Position numbers and translations under genes: made by a program. Positions 24,555 through 35,700 of a stretch of 42,636 nt of DNA are shown here, in pieces (position 1 is the first letter of the stretch; every line of letters begins with the position of its first letter). Below the pieces are notes generated by a model. That model saw only the letters and a list, made by a program, of their open reading frames with translations. It did not search any database and was not told where the DNA came from. Source of the stretch: Basidioascus undulatus (taxonomy: Eukaryota); the NCBI GenBank assembly GCA_000826855.1, contig JTLS01000027.1:1-42636 (forward strand). Direction: 5' to 3'.

Positions 24555-25314
24555 CTACGGTAGGCTCGCCCCGGGGATCCCCACTCCAGGGACTGCCGCG
24601 CCCGGAATGCCCACCCCTGGGGTGCCCCCTTCGATGGAAGCGCCGCTCGTGGCAAATCCGGGCGTCGCAATACCAGGCGTCGAGAAACCCCCAACACCAC
24701 CACCAGAGCCTGGGAGGCTGATGCCGGCGCTCGCGATTCCGGGAGTCGAGAAGCCCTCACCGCCTTCGGCGGCGCTCGCGATGCCGGGGCCGGCGGATGC
24801 GGAAGCTCCTGGGACCACGCCTATCCCTGGGGCGATGACCGACCCAGCAGTCGCCGACCCCGGCCCGCCGACCGAGCCGCCGCCTACGAATCCGGGCGTG
24901 ATGGTCACCCCGCCTGGTGTGATGATGCCCGGCGTGTAGATGTTCCCGCCTGCTGCTGCACCTGGGACGAACGGGTTGGCCTGGGAGTAGGGGTATAGGT
25001 AGGGGTAGGTGTAGTAGAGCCACCAGGGATAGGGGAGAAAGGGTAGCTGCGTGGTGGGGTGAGCGGGGTGGTTGTGTGAGGGAGCTGGATGGAAGAACTC
25101 ACGCCTGGTGGGACCGCTGGGAACTGTCGCTTCTCAAGCTTTGAGATATGGCTGCCCTCGGATGTCTGCGGTGAGTGGAAAGCAGCGCGGGGAGGGGGTT
25201 ATGAGTCTTGCTTTCAGACAACAGAAACATATGCAGGGAGCACTTAACCACGGGCAGCGCAGTCGCGCCGATGGCGATGCTGAAGAAGAACAGCTGTACT
25301 GTCGCCAGCCGCAT
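24555..25314 (-). CDS. Secreted Gly/Pro-rich repetitive protein A (206 aa): signal peptide, Kex2 site, Tyr/Trp/Pro block, elastin-like xPGxG repeats
   Basis: Exons 25314-25249, 25165-25103 and 25046-24555 (phase-0 GT-AG introns) give MRLATVQLFFFSIAIGATALPV|TSEGSHISKLEKR-QFPAVPPG|LPFLPYPWWLYYTYPYLYPYSQANPFVPG...TPGIITPGGVTITPGFVGG...GTPGVGIPGAAVPGVGIPGASLP*. Confidence 0.85.
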
Positions 25315-25746
25315 GTTGTGGTACGTTAGGAATTAAGGAAGAGGTCCTGGCGTGTGTGTGCAGATCTGGTTGTCTTAAAAGACGAAGTGGCCGAGGCAAC
25401 TCACTCCGAAACCGCCCAAGCGTCATCGCGGGTTTTCAACGAGAACGAGACCTGGGAATGCAACCGTGAGCTCAAGCGGGTTCAGGGAAGAAAAGTCTCA
25501 ATGCACTTCCGTGAATCAAAGCATATTCGGTCAAAGGAAAGGGACATGATGGAGCGGCCGTTACGGATGTAGGCGGTTGTTGCAATACTACCCACTGACT
25601 TTGTCTGCCACTACCGAATTATACCTGATGCAGAGACCGACCATATTCTTTGTCCAATCTGGCAGGCATCCAAGACGTTGCTGACATACAAATGTGAACG
25701 CCCAGTTCAATCACCAAGATCCAAGGCCCTTATCGTGGATCCAAAA

Positions 25747-26257
25747 CTACACTGGCGCGGCCACAATTCCACCAGGGACTACGCCTCCAGGGCCCGCCGC
25801 GGCCCCAGCTACGACCATGCCTGTCCCAGGGACGATCACAGAGCCGGCTGCAGCGGTTCCTGGTGCACTGCCGATCACGCCTGCCGCTGGGACGAAAGGC
25901 TGTGGAAGCGGAGACAGTTATAGAGGAAGATGAAGTTAGCAGAAGCACAGATATAAAAATCAAAGGGGTAATTGTAAAGCTTGAAATGTCGCCCTGAGGA
26001 GACTTGCAGGTGGATGGTGAAGGAAGGAAGAGCGACTTACGCCGGGAAGAAACTGTCGGCTTTCGAACTGCTGGTGGGTTTCCCTCGAGTTAATCACCTG
26101 CGGTTATGAAGGACAGATGACGAAAGATTAATGCAGGGAAATGGCACAAGAAAGGAAAGGGAGGAGACACAGAACAGAAGCAGCTACGTACCAGGGGCAA
26201 GGCACTCGCGGAGATCGCGGCGCTGAGGACGAGCAGGTACGTCTTGGTGAAATGCAT
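25747..26257 (-). CDS. Secreted Gly/Pro/Ala-rich protein B (91 aa), tandem paralog of protein A
   Basis: Exons 26257-26192, 26097-26041 and 25899-25747 give MHFTKTYLLVLSAAISASALPL|VINSRETHQQFESR-QFLPG|PFVPAAGVIGSAPGTAAAGSVIVPGTGMVVAGAAAGPGGVVPGGIVAAPV*. Exon 1 length and intron positions match protein A. Confidence 0.8.
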
Positions 26258-26846
26258 AGAAGGATCCGGAACGTGGAAGCTCTTGTAAGATGTGAAGTAT
26301 AGCTGGGGCGAGGACTGCAGACGTGGTCGATGCCTGGTGAGCAAACGCTTGTGGGGAAGTCCGCATGGAACTGGAAGTCGAGCGGCCCTCTCACTTCCAT
26401 CGTCATAGATACGATGGATACCTTTGCTATTCGCGGGATGGCTTCGCGGGAAACTGTGTAAACAGACGGGCACGGAACCTGTTGTTGCGGATGTTGTGAG
26501 CATCAGGCTCCAAGCTTCCCTCCGTCCTGACACGGGAGCCTGATTCAAGGAAGTTCAAACTTTCCTGATAATTTCAAGACGTCTTTAGAGGAGTCGACAA
26601 TCAGAACCACTTCAGAACTGCCCATGTCAAGCTCTTCTTGCGCTCCCAGTTGTCGCATTTGGCACTGAGACATTACATTGTGCTTAGTCAGCGGGATGCA
26701 CCCAATTCCCACGCGCCTCCAGTTGCGAAGTCGCGAAGCCGTTCCTTTGTTCTCCAGCACGACTGTGCCTCCTTCGGTGCCTTGTCACCGCTTCGGCTTG
26801 ACCTGCAACCATCACCATCAAATTGTCAGAACACACCAAGTCCATC

Positions 26847-28768
26847 ATGTCCTCAGGCGCTCTCGCACACCCTCCGGAGCCACTCCCGGACGACGATGTC
26901 CACACCGAGACGTCCAGAGCCCAGGTGCGTCCAGCATACACTGAGCTGCTTCCAGATGCCCCGGGCCTCATTACTTGGTCTCTACAGCGCCAAACCGAGA
27001 CTGCCATCCGTGCCCTCTTCCACGGCCCCCCAACATCCACCTCGCCCTTCACGCTCTCCCTCACCCTCGAGCGATCCAAGCACATCGCCTACTGCTCGCG
27101 CACGCTCGGCGGCCTCCCCGCAGGCTGGAAGGCCCTCGACGCCTCCAAGCCGTGGCTCATGTACTGGACGGTCCACTCGCTCCTTACCCTCGGCGCGCAG
27201 CTCGACCCGGCCTCCAAGACCCGCGCCATCTCCACCCTTCTCCGGTACCAGCACCCCAGCGGTGGGTTCGGCGGCGGGCCAGACCAGATACCCCATCTGC
27301 TGCCCACTTACGCGGCGGTCTGCGCACTAGCGATCGTGGGAGGGAGGGGGAAGGGCGAGGGGTGGGTTGCGATTGATCGGGAGGGCATCTATCGGTTCTT
27401 CATGAGGATGAAGCAGAAGGACGGGAGCTTCATCGTTCATGACGGCGGGGAGGTTGACGTCCGGTGCGTATTGATCCTTTCCCCACTATAGTGTCGCCTT
27501 GGCTAAGTAATTAGGGGGATTACAGCGGCGTGTACTGCGTATTAGTCGTCGCTACTCTTCTCGACATCCTCACTCCGGAGCTCGTCGACGGCACTGAGCG
27601 TTTCGTCTCCTCGTGTGTAGCATCTTCTGTCCCGCACTCTCCTCACCTGCCTTCTGATTTTTCCACCCTCACTTTTCACAGCTGTCAAACCTACGAAGGA
27701 GGCTTCGCCGCATCCTCGCACCCCTTCTACCCCTCCCCGACCTCCCCCCCTCTGTCCACCCCGAACCCGCCGCTCGGCGAAGCCCACGGCGGGTACACCT
27801 CTTGCTCACTCGCGTCCCTCACTCTCCTCCGCCCGCTCTCCTCCTCCGCCTCCGGATTCCCCCCCTTCGACCTCGGCGCGCTCGTGCGCTGGTCGGCGCA
27901 CATGCAGGGGCACCCGATCGAGGGCGGCGGCTTCCGAGGACGCTCGAACAAGCTCGTTGATGGGTGCTACAGCTGGTGGGTGGGCGGGACGTTCAATGTT
28001 CTCGAGGCGTGGATGCCGAAGGATGAGGCCAAGGAGGAGGAGCTGGTCAAGAGTGCGAAGGTTCAGGTGGAGGAGGGCGCGGAGAAGTCGAACGGGGGCA
28101 GCGCGGAGTGGGTGGACGAGGATGGTAAGTAGTTGGGTTTGCGGAGCATCGCTCGTCTTGCTGTTCGCAGCGCTGACAGTCAGATCCTGCAGGCGGTCTG
28201 TTCGATCGTGTCGCGCTGCAGGAGTTCATTCTCCTCGCCGCACAAGATCCCAAAGGCGGCCTGCGCGACAAACCGGGCAAGTGCGTACCATACTCTGTTC
28301 TTTCTCCATAACTATATACTGCCGTCTTTCCTGACACTGGCGCTCCCACTAGGCCCGTCGACGCCTACCACACCGCGTACAACCTCTCCGGCCTCTCCGC
28401 AGCGCAGCACCACCTCACCTACTCTCCCCGCCTCGCGGCCGCCCAATCCGCGCGCTTCAACCCTACGCCCGCGCCCGGCACGCCAGCCGTGTTCGCCCCC
28501 GAGGGGCGCGAGGAGCTGAGGAGGAACGCCTGGGGCGCAGCGGTCGCGTGGGAGGCGGACGAAAAGGAGCGGTGTGTCGTAGGAGGAGCGGAGAACCTCA
28601 CGGTGCGTTCCGGGTCTTGGCATGACGCTGGCAAAGTTGTAGCTGATGATTCCTCCGGGAGAACAGAACCCCACCCATCCCCTTTTCAACGTGACCACGT
28701 CCCGGGCATTCGCGATGATGGAGTATTTCTATGGGCAGGAGGAAGGCGCAGCGCTCAAGCGGGTTTGA
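26847..28768 (+). CDS. RAM1: Protein farnesyltransferase beta subunit (5 introns)
   Basis: LDASKPWLMYWTVHSL, GGFGGGPDQIPHLLPTYAAV, GGEVDVR|GVYC, CQTYEGGF, GEAHGGYT, GGFRGRSNKLVDGCYSWW, GGLRDKPGK|PVDAYHTAYNLSGLSAAQH and NPTHPLFNV. TGA at 28766-28768. Confidence 0.96.
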
Positions 28769-29160
28769 GTGTTTCTTTCCTTGACATTGTATTTCGCTTC
28801 TTTCATTTCGGACCGTAATTCTCCCGTTCGCGTACATTGTTACTCGCTTCGACCGCAACTGGGTCAGCTGCCGGTGGCGTGCTGTGCATGTGCGATGCGA
28901 GCCAGCAGACTGGTTCGACGACGCGGAGGTTTATGAGACCGAAAGACCCCCCGTGTTCAACCATTCTACTCCAACCGCACGCAGAGGACGAATCTGGGCG
29001 GCCAGAGGAATGGAGGCAACCTAATAGAGTGTTGTGAGTGCGTAGCTGCGTGTCAACCTTTCTTTTCTGTGCCGCGCGGCCTCGGGTTGCTCTCTTCCGT
29101 CAATCTGCCCCATATTCTCGTACAAGTTGATCCTTTCAGCTCATTAACGCAATCGAGAAC

Positions 29161-31180
29161 ATGGTCAAAGTCCTCGCTGTCCTCTACCGCGGCGGGAAAG
29201 CAGCCAAAGAAGAGTGAGTCGATCGCGTCCCGTCCGTCCGGCCGGCGCAGGCACGCAACTGCCTCGACTTTTCTGACGGCCACAACCGATTCCAGACCTC
29301 GTCTGCTTGGAACTGTCGAGAACGAGCTCGGCCTCCGTCCGTTCCTGGAGAATACAGGCCATACCTTCGTCGTGACGGACGACAAGGAAGGCCCGAACTC
29401 GGAGTTCAGGAAGCAGGTTAAGGACGTGAGTGTGGACTTCCCGCTCGCGCTGGGCTATAAGTTGGCTATACGCCTCCGCTGATGCGGCTTCGGGGCGTTG
29501 TTGTACACGGACAGGCCGATATTTTGATTACTACGCCTGTGCGTAACTCGCCTGTCCTTCCGGTAACCTCGGTCTGAGCCGAAGGATGATAGTTTCACCC
29601 TGCGTATGTTACCCGCGAAGTCCTGGACGAGGCCAAGAATCTCAAGTTGAGCGTCACGGCGGGTGTCGGATCGGATCATGTGAGTGAAGGCATTGGGGAA
29701 GTCAAGCAATTTGTCTGCATAGAGACTGAGGGAGATGTGTTCATCCAGGTCGACCTTCAAGCTGCCATCGACAAGAAGATCACAGTCGCCGAGGTGTCAG
29801 GGTCGAACGTGGTCTCCGTTGCGGAAGTAAATAGCTTTCCCAAAAAACCACGATGGCAACGATGCTGACCTTGGACTGGGCTGCCAGCACGTCGTCATGA
29901 CCATCCTAATTTTGACGAGGAATTTTGTTCCGGCGTGGGTTAGCAGAGACACCGTTTCAGAAGCGCTGCGTTGACCAGACAGGGACTCGCAGGCACGAGC
30001 AAATCGAATCGGGCGGCTGGGAGGTGGCACCCATTGCACGGGCAGCGTTCGACCTGGAGGGCAAGGTGGTGGGCACGATCGGTGCTGGGCGCATCGGACA
30101 GCGGTGAGTTTCCCACTTCAATCTATCTTGCTTAGTGAAGACAAGCTGATACGCTCGTCGATCTTCAGCGTTCTTGCTCGCCTCCAGCCTTTCAACCTGA
30201 AAGAGGCGCTTTACTACGACTACCAAGCTCTCCCGCCTGATGTCGAGAACGCGCTTGGAGCGCGAAGGGTGGACGGAGTCGATGCTTTGCTGAAGCAGGT
30301 ATGCCATCCAGGCTCATGCAAGCAGCAGGGTACTAAAGCTGTGGACGGCATCTTCCTTACTCGGGAAACAGTGCGACGTAGTCACTATCAATGTGCGCTC
30401 GGGCCATATCCACATGTTTATGCTGCATCTCACACTCTTTGCTCGTTGGTCCACAGTGTCCCCTCCACGAGAAAACGCGACACCTAATCAACAAGCAGAG
30501 CATCCAAAACATCAAAGTCAGCTCCCCGTTGCGACCACTGTCCGGCGCACAGCTGACACTGACCTTTCACAGCAAGGCGCATGGATTGTCAATACTGCTC
30601 GCGGAGCAATTTGTGAGAGAGAGGGTATGTTGTTTGACTTGCAAGTTCCTGGCTGATGTCATGCTGACACTCGCACGCTTCGCCTTCAGCTATCAAGGAG
30701 GCCTTGTCGACTGGCAAGATCAGCGGGTACGGCGGAGACGTGTGGGACTACCAGCCCGCTCCGAAGGTATATCTTTGGTTCTGGACCATAGGAAGGGAAA
30801 TTTATTGACTTATGCAACCCCCCTTCAGGATCACCCGTGGCGCACGATGAAAAACACGCTGGGAGGTGGAAACGCCATGGTACCGCACTGCAAGCTTTTC
30901 ATTTGTTTATAGCGCATTGGAAAAACTACTGAATACTTTATTTATAGACTCGGGGACAACTATTGACGCACAGCAGCGCTACGCAACGGGGACGAAGGAG
31001 ATCATCGAGGCGTTCTTGAGCAAGCAGCCTATCAAGCAAGAGTACTTGATCGTCACAGATGGGCAATTTGCTACGAAGGTTGGCATTCTTCCTGTCTTAA
31101 ACCAAAGAGCATGCGCTCATGTTTTTCGGGTTGCACAGGCCTATGGTCAGAACGACAAGGCGTATGCCAAAGGCAGTTGA
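29161..31180 (+). CDS. FDH1: NAD-dependent formate dehydrogenase (14 introns, one GC-AG)
   Basis: [12 protein letters not shown]...[102 protein letters not shown] and ATK|AYGQ. Confidence 0.97.
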
Positions 31181-32267
31181 GATGGCTTTGCTAAGGGTGG
31201 CTGTGGGGCAGTCCCAGTTGGAAGTGTTTGTTTGCAGCGGTTCAAATCCAGAGGATTTAATTGTGCTGGAGACCTGCGCTCATTCAACAGGTTGTAGTTT
31301 CAAGTCGACGTCCAACATAGTCGGCGAAAGAACAGACATTTGCATGATGCCAAGGATGATCCACCGCGAAATTCAGAGCCAAATTCTCATTTGAGAAGGC
31401 CATGCCGAAATCATATTGCTTTGTCAAGCCCCTCTCCCTTGATTGGGCTGCATCGGAGCAGGGGGGATGAGACGACTTCTAAGTGAAAGCGTTCACCGTA
31501 GTTCCGCACCCAGACGCACCTCTCCCGATCCGCACTTTTAGCGGATAAATGCCTAATTCTAGGGCAGAGGAAAGGGCGTATTGGCGAAAGGACCCTTAGC
31601 ACATCGTTGTCCCTCGTTTCTGCCTTCCACGCGCGTAACCCAGTCCTTGCAGGCGAGCGAGCATAACACTGACTTGTTATTTAATCTTTCTATATACCGA
31701 CCATAGCCTGGAGTGTGAATCTAGTATTAAGCGCCTCTGAAATGTACTGCCGCTGTCTGCAAGTCTGCCCTATTCCCCTTAAAGAATGTGAAAGAAGTTT
31801 TGGTGCCCGGGACACACAGGCTCGCACTGGCAGGACAGGCGCCTCAGGCGGATGTAATTCAGTACACAATTCTCGCACAGTAACTCTGAATTTTTGAAAT
31901 CGTTGAAGAGACTGACATGCTCATTTGTTGGGCAACGCGGAGGGACGCCGCGAGGCAACGAGCACGTCGTCGGTCGTGCGGCCGCTCCCTTCTTTTCCTC
32001 GACTCGCCGTTCTGTAGCAACCAATGCGCCCGCATTCAGACCCTATTGAACGTCCTTAGCTCATGGGCTCAGCCTTTCAGAATTGCTCATTGACTTTCCT
32101 CGACGGTCGCTTTTCTTCCAGCTCCAACCGAAGCGACCCCGCCGCCGCGTAAATACAAAGCGGCGCTGGACCCATACCACATTGTTATATGATATGACCA
32201 ATAATCACCGTAACTCATTAGTATAAACAGTCAACAAATGACGGTCTTGGAGAATTCAAACATGCAA

Positions 32268-32353
32268 CTTGGCAGAGCCTTGGCGTGTGAATGCCCCGCT
32301 CGGCATCTTCCCTCGTTCGCTGGCCGACCGCCTCATCTTCCCCGAGCCAAGAA
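32268..32353. promoter_or_regulatory. Cluster of PacC/Rim101 consensus sites (GCCAAG) upstream of the ENA ATPase
   Basis: CTTGGC at 32268-32273 and 32279-32284, and GCCAAGAA at 32346-32353, about 400-490 bp before the ATG. Confidence 0.5.
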
Positions 32354-32754
32354 GCAACCAAGCGATGTTACCTTTCTCGATGCAAACGTGCTCACTGCAG
32401 CTGGCTATTCGGCATGGACTAGCCGCCCGTACTCGCCTGAGAAATGTCCAACATGCTGGTCGGAGCTTGTCGATTTTGATTTTTTCCGCCAGATCTACTC
32501 ACCGGGCCCGAGTCCTTTCTGAGCTTGTACTCAGTTCTTCGTCGTCGCCTTCGTCCTCGTCGTCTTGTACACGCTCACCGCAACCTTTCCACTTCCTCGT
32601 ACCCGCCTCTGTGGTCCCATTCTCCCTCACCGGATCACCGATCCATGATCGCCGCTGCTCAGGCATTCGTTTACCCCGTTCTCAGCGCCCAATAACACAC
32701 GCTTTCCCCCTGAACACACACCCGCATTTACTTGACAATCTACCACTACATCTC

Positions 32755-35700
32755 ATGAGTGAGACTCAGCGCTCCCCCACGGAGCTCGAGAAGCGGACGA
32801 GCGTCTCAACCTCGTCCGACTTGACCGCCGCCAACCCTTCCGGTGCTGGCGCACCGCAATCGGAGCTCCGGCGTGGGTACTCTTTCTTTTTTATTTGCTC
32901 AGATAGCGTCTCCCTGGCTTACATATGTACCCTTTCCTTGCTTAAGAGCCGCCCCACACACTCCCTGCTGAAAAGATCCTGTCCACGCTCAAGGTCGACC
33001 CGTTGCTCGGCCTGGCCGAGGACAAAGCTGCGGAGACCTTGAAGCAGAATGGGCCGAACCGCCTCAAGCCGCCCGCAAAACCTTCAAGGCTTAAGATCTT
33101 GATCGGTCAGGTACGCTGCAGTTGCTTGTCATTGTACGGTACCGCCGCTGGGCACGGTCCTGATGATATCTCGGGCGTCCGGACTGTGCCTGTTTAGATC
33201 GCCAACGCTATGTGCATTGTGCTTATCGCGGTGCGTTAGCCAGAGCCCGATTTCTTGATACTGAGCTCGGAACACCCATGTTGACGAGGCGACCGTGTCC
33301 CAGGCGATGGCAGTCTCGGTACGCGCTTTGTCTGATCTGACTTGTAGAATAGAGCAGTTTCTCAAGTACGCCATTCTTACAGTTTGGAACGCAAGACTGG
33401 ATTGCTGGCGGTGAGCATTGTTTAGGCAGTTGATGGATTCTCACGCTGATTGTGTGCTGCTCACACAGGCGTCATTGGGTTGGTGCACCTGCTCCGCTCA
33501 TCTTCCGCTTGTGCTTACCTGCGTCCGTCGGCAGTGCTCTTGTATTCCTCAACGTCACGGTTGGATATTCTCAGGAATGGAAAGCGGAGAAGACGCTTTC
33601 GGCGCTGCAGTCTGTGCGTATTAGGCATGACACTTCACAACTGTCGCGGTAGCTGGGATTGACAAGAACGGTGCAATCGGCGCATAGGTCGGATCTCCGG
33701 TCGCTACCGTTGTTCGTCACACCGCGGGCGAGAAGGCCCGCGAAGGCAAAGTGGTCACCATTCCGACTGAGGAGGTTGTCGTTGGCGACATTGTGCTCGT
33801 CAAGGTTTGTCCCCCACCCTTTTTCGTCGTGCCGTGAACTCATATAAACCGTGGTTCATAGATTGGCGACGTCGTCCCCGCTGACTGCCGCGCGCTGCCC
33901 GGGCACCTCTCCAACCTCGAGTGCGACGAGGCCCTTCTCACGGGCGAGTCGCTGCCCGTCGCGAAGGTTGCCGAGCCGCTGGACGACCCGACGTGCCCTG
34001 TGGGTGATCGCGTCAATATGGTATGCATCCTTCGACTGCAAGAGAATGAGCAAGATTTGATTCTGATGGGCGGGGTGTAGATCTACTCTGGCTCGCAAGT
34101 TACAAAGGGGCGCGTCCGAGCCGTGGTCACCATGACGGGCATGGCTGTGCGTGCTTTGGCTTTCTTCCTTCCATATTATGTTCCACCATCTCACTGACAG
34201 CTTGCATGGATTGACAGACCGAGCTCGGCAAGATCGCGGACGCGCTCGAGCGCAAGGAGGCCTCCCAGAAGTCCGGCTTCGCCAAGACGTGGGAGTCGTT
34301 CCTGATCAAGCTTGGTCTTCGGGGCACGACACCGCTGCAGATCAAGCTCAACCAGCTCGCATATCTCCTGCTCGGCATCGCCATCGTCCTCGCCATCATC
34401 GTCGTCGCATCGACCGCGTTCCAGGACATCCCGGACTCGATCGCTACTTACGCCGTCGCGGCGGTACGTCTTCTCATCTCTATGGAAGACGTGTACTTCA
34501 CAGCCGACCCCCATACAATATTTACAGGCCGTGTCGCTCCTTCCCGCCTCGCTCGTTGCTGTCGTCTCGCTCACGCTCGCTATGGCCTGCCGAGACTTGG
34601 CCAAGCGGAACGCTCTGGTTCGCCGTATGGACGCTGTGGAGACTCTGTGGGTACCCGCTGTTACCTCATTTAATTACTGCGTCCGCTGACAATTAGTCTG
34701 GTTTCCGGTTATAGCTCTGGCGTTTCCGACATCTGCTCGGACAAGACCGGCACCATCACCGTCGGCCGCATGGTCCTCAAAAAGACCTGGGTGCCCGTCA
34801 AGTCGGCTTTCCCGCAAGGAGAATCGGCACGCGCCGAGATCGACACCAACCGCGGTCAGCTGTACAGCGTCGAGTCTGGTCGGGAGTGCGTCCGCGTTTT
34901 CTTTCATTTTCATTTGATCCTTTGCGTGGTTCCTGACAGCAAATCTCTTGCAGCCCCTACTACCCTCGCGGCACCATCCGTGCGTTCGCCGGTGCGTCGA
35001 CCCCCGAACGCCGCGGCTCGTCCAACAGCGAAGATGAAGACTACGACGACCCGTCCGCTGCGGATATCGTACACATCGAAAGCCTCGAGCCGGCCTTCCA
35101 GGAGCTTGTCCAGTCGGCGGCGCTGAACAACATGGCCACCATTCGAGCAGGCGACGAGGGCAAGGACTGGCAGGCAAATGGCGACCCGACCGAGGTGCGT
35201 GTTAGCCACTTCATTGCCAATCAAATCTTAACACTCGTTCTCCTCAGATCGCTCTTCAAGTTTTCGCGCACAAAGCGGGCCACGGCAAGTCTCATCTGAC
35301 GCACCCTCGTCGGCATGGCGCACCGCTCCGGGCCGTCTCGTCTCGCGCGTCGCAGCCATCGCAGCAACACCCACACACCCCGCTCCAACGTATCAAGAGT
35401 GGCGAGAGTGCGCACCACGTCGCGCCGCGCGCACGCGTGGATGGTCATTACGAGATGCTCAGGGAGGAGCCGTTTGACAGCATGATCAAGCGCATGTACA
35501 TTATGCTTTCCCCCCTTTCCAGAGAGCCGTCTGGAGGACTTGGCTAATTGGTGAAAGGTTCCAATCGACAGGTCCACAGTCTGGCAGTTTATCCCCTCTG
35601 ACCCGGCCGAGATGCCTTCGGACCAGGACCTCGTGATCTGTGCGTGTCTCCATTTGTTTTGAGACCGATATTGCGCAACCCGGACTTATATCAATTATCG

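Noticed and set aside
24550..24939. Plus-strand ORF with PG repeats (LAPGIPTPGTAAPGMPTPG...), and a similar one at 25694-25933
   Set aside because: Antisense shadow: CCN-GGN codon pairs read Pro-Gly on both strands. Signal peptide, splice sites and start codon all support the minus strand.
1..28768. Mating-type locus idea (Ste50, farnesyltransferase, peptide transporter, small secreted genes)
   Set aside because: No STE3 receptor, homeodomain genes or CAAX-ending pheromone precursor was found; the small proteins have signal peptides and no CAAX.
24555..28768. RiPP/KEP cluster idea (secreted precursors next to a prenyltransferase)
   Set aside because: Each precursor has one processing site rather than repeated Kex2-flanked cores, no DUF3328/UstYa or other tailoring genes are nearby, and RAM1 is a cytosolic housekeeping enzyme needing a Cys that these proteins lack.
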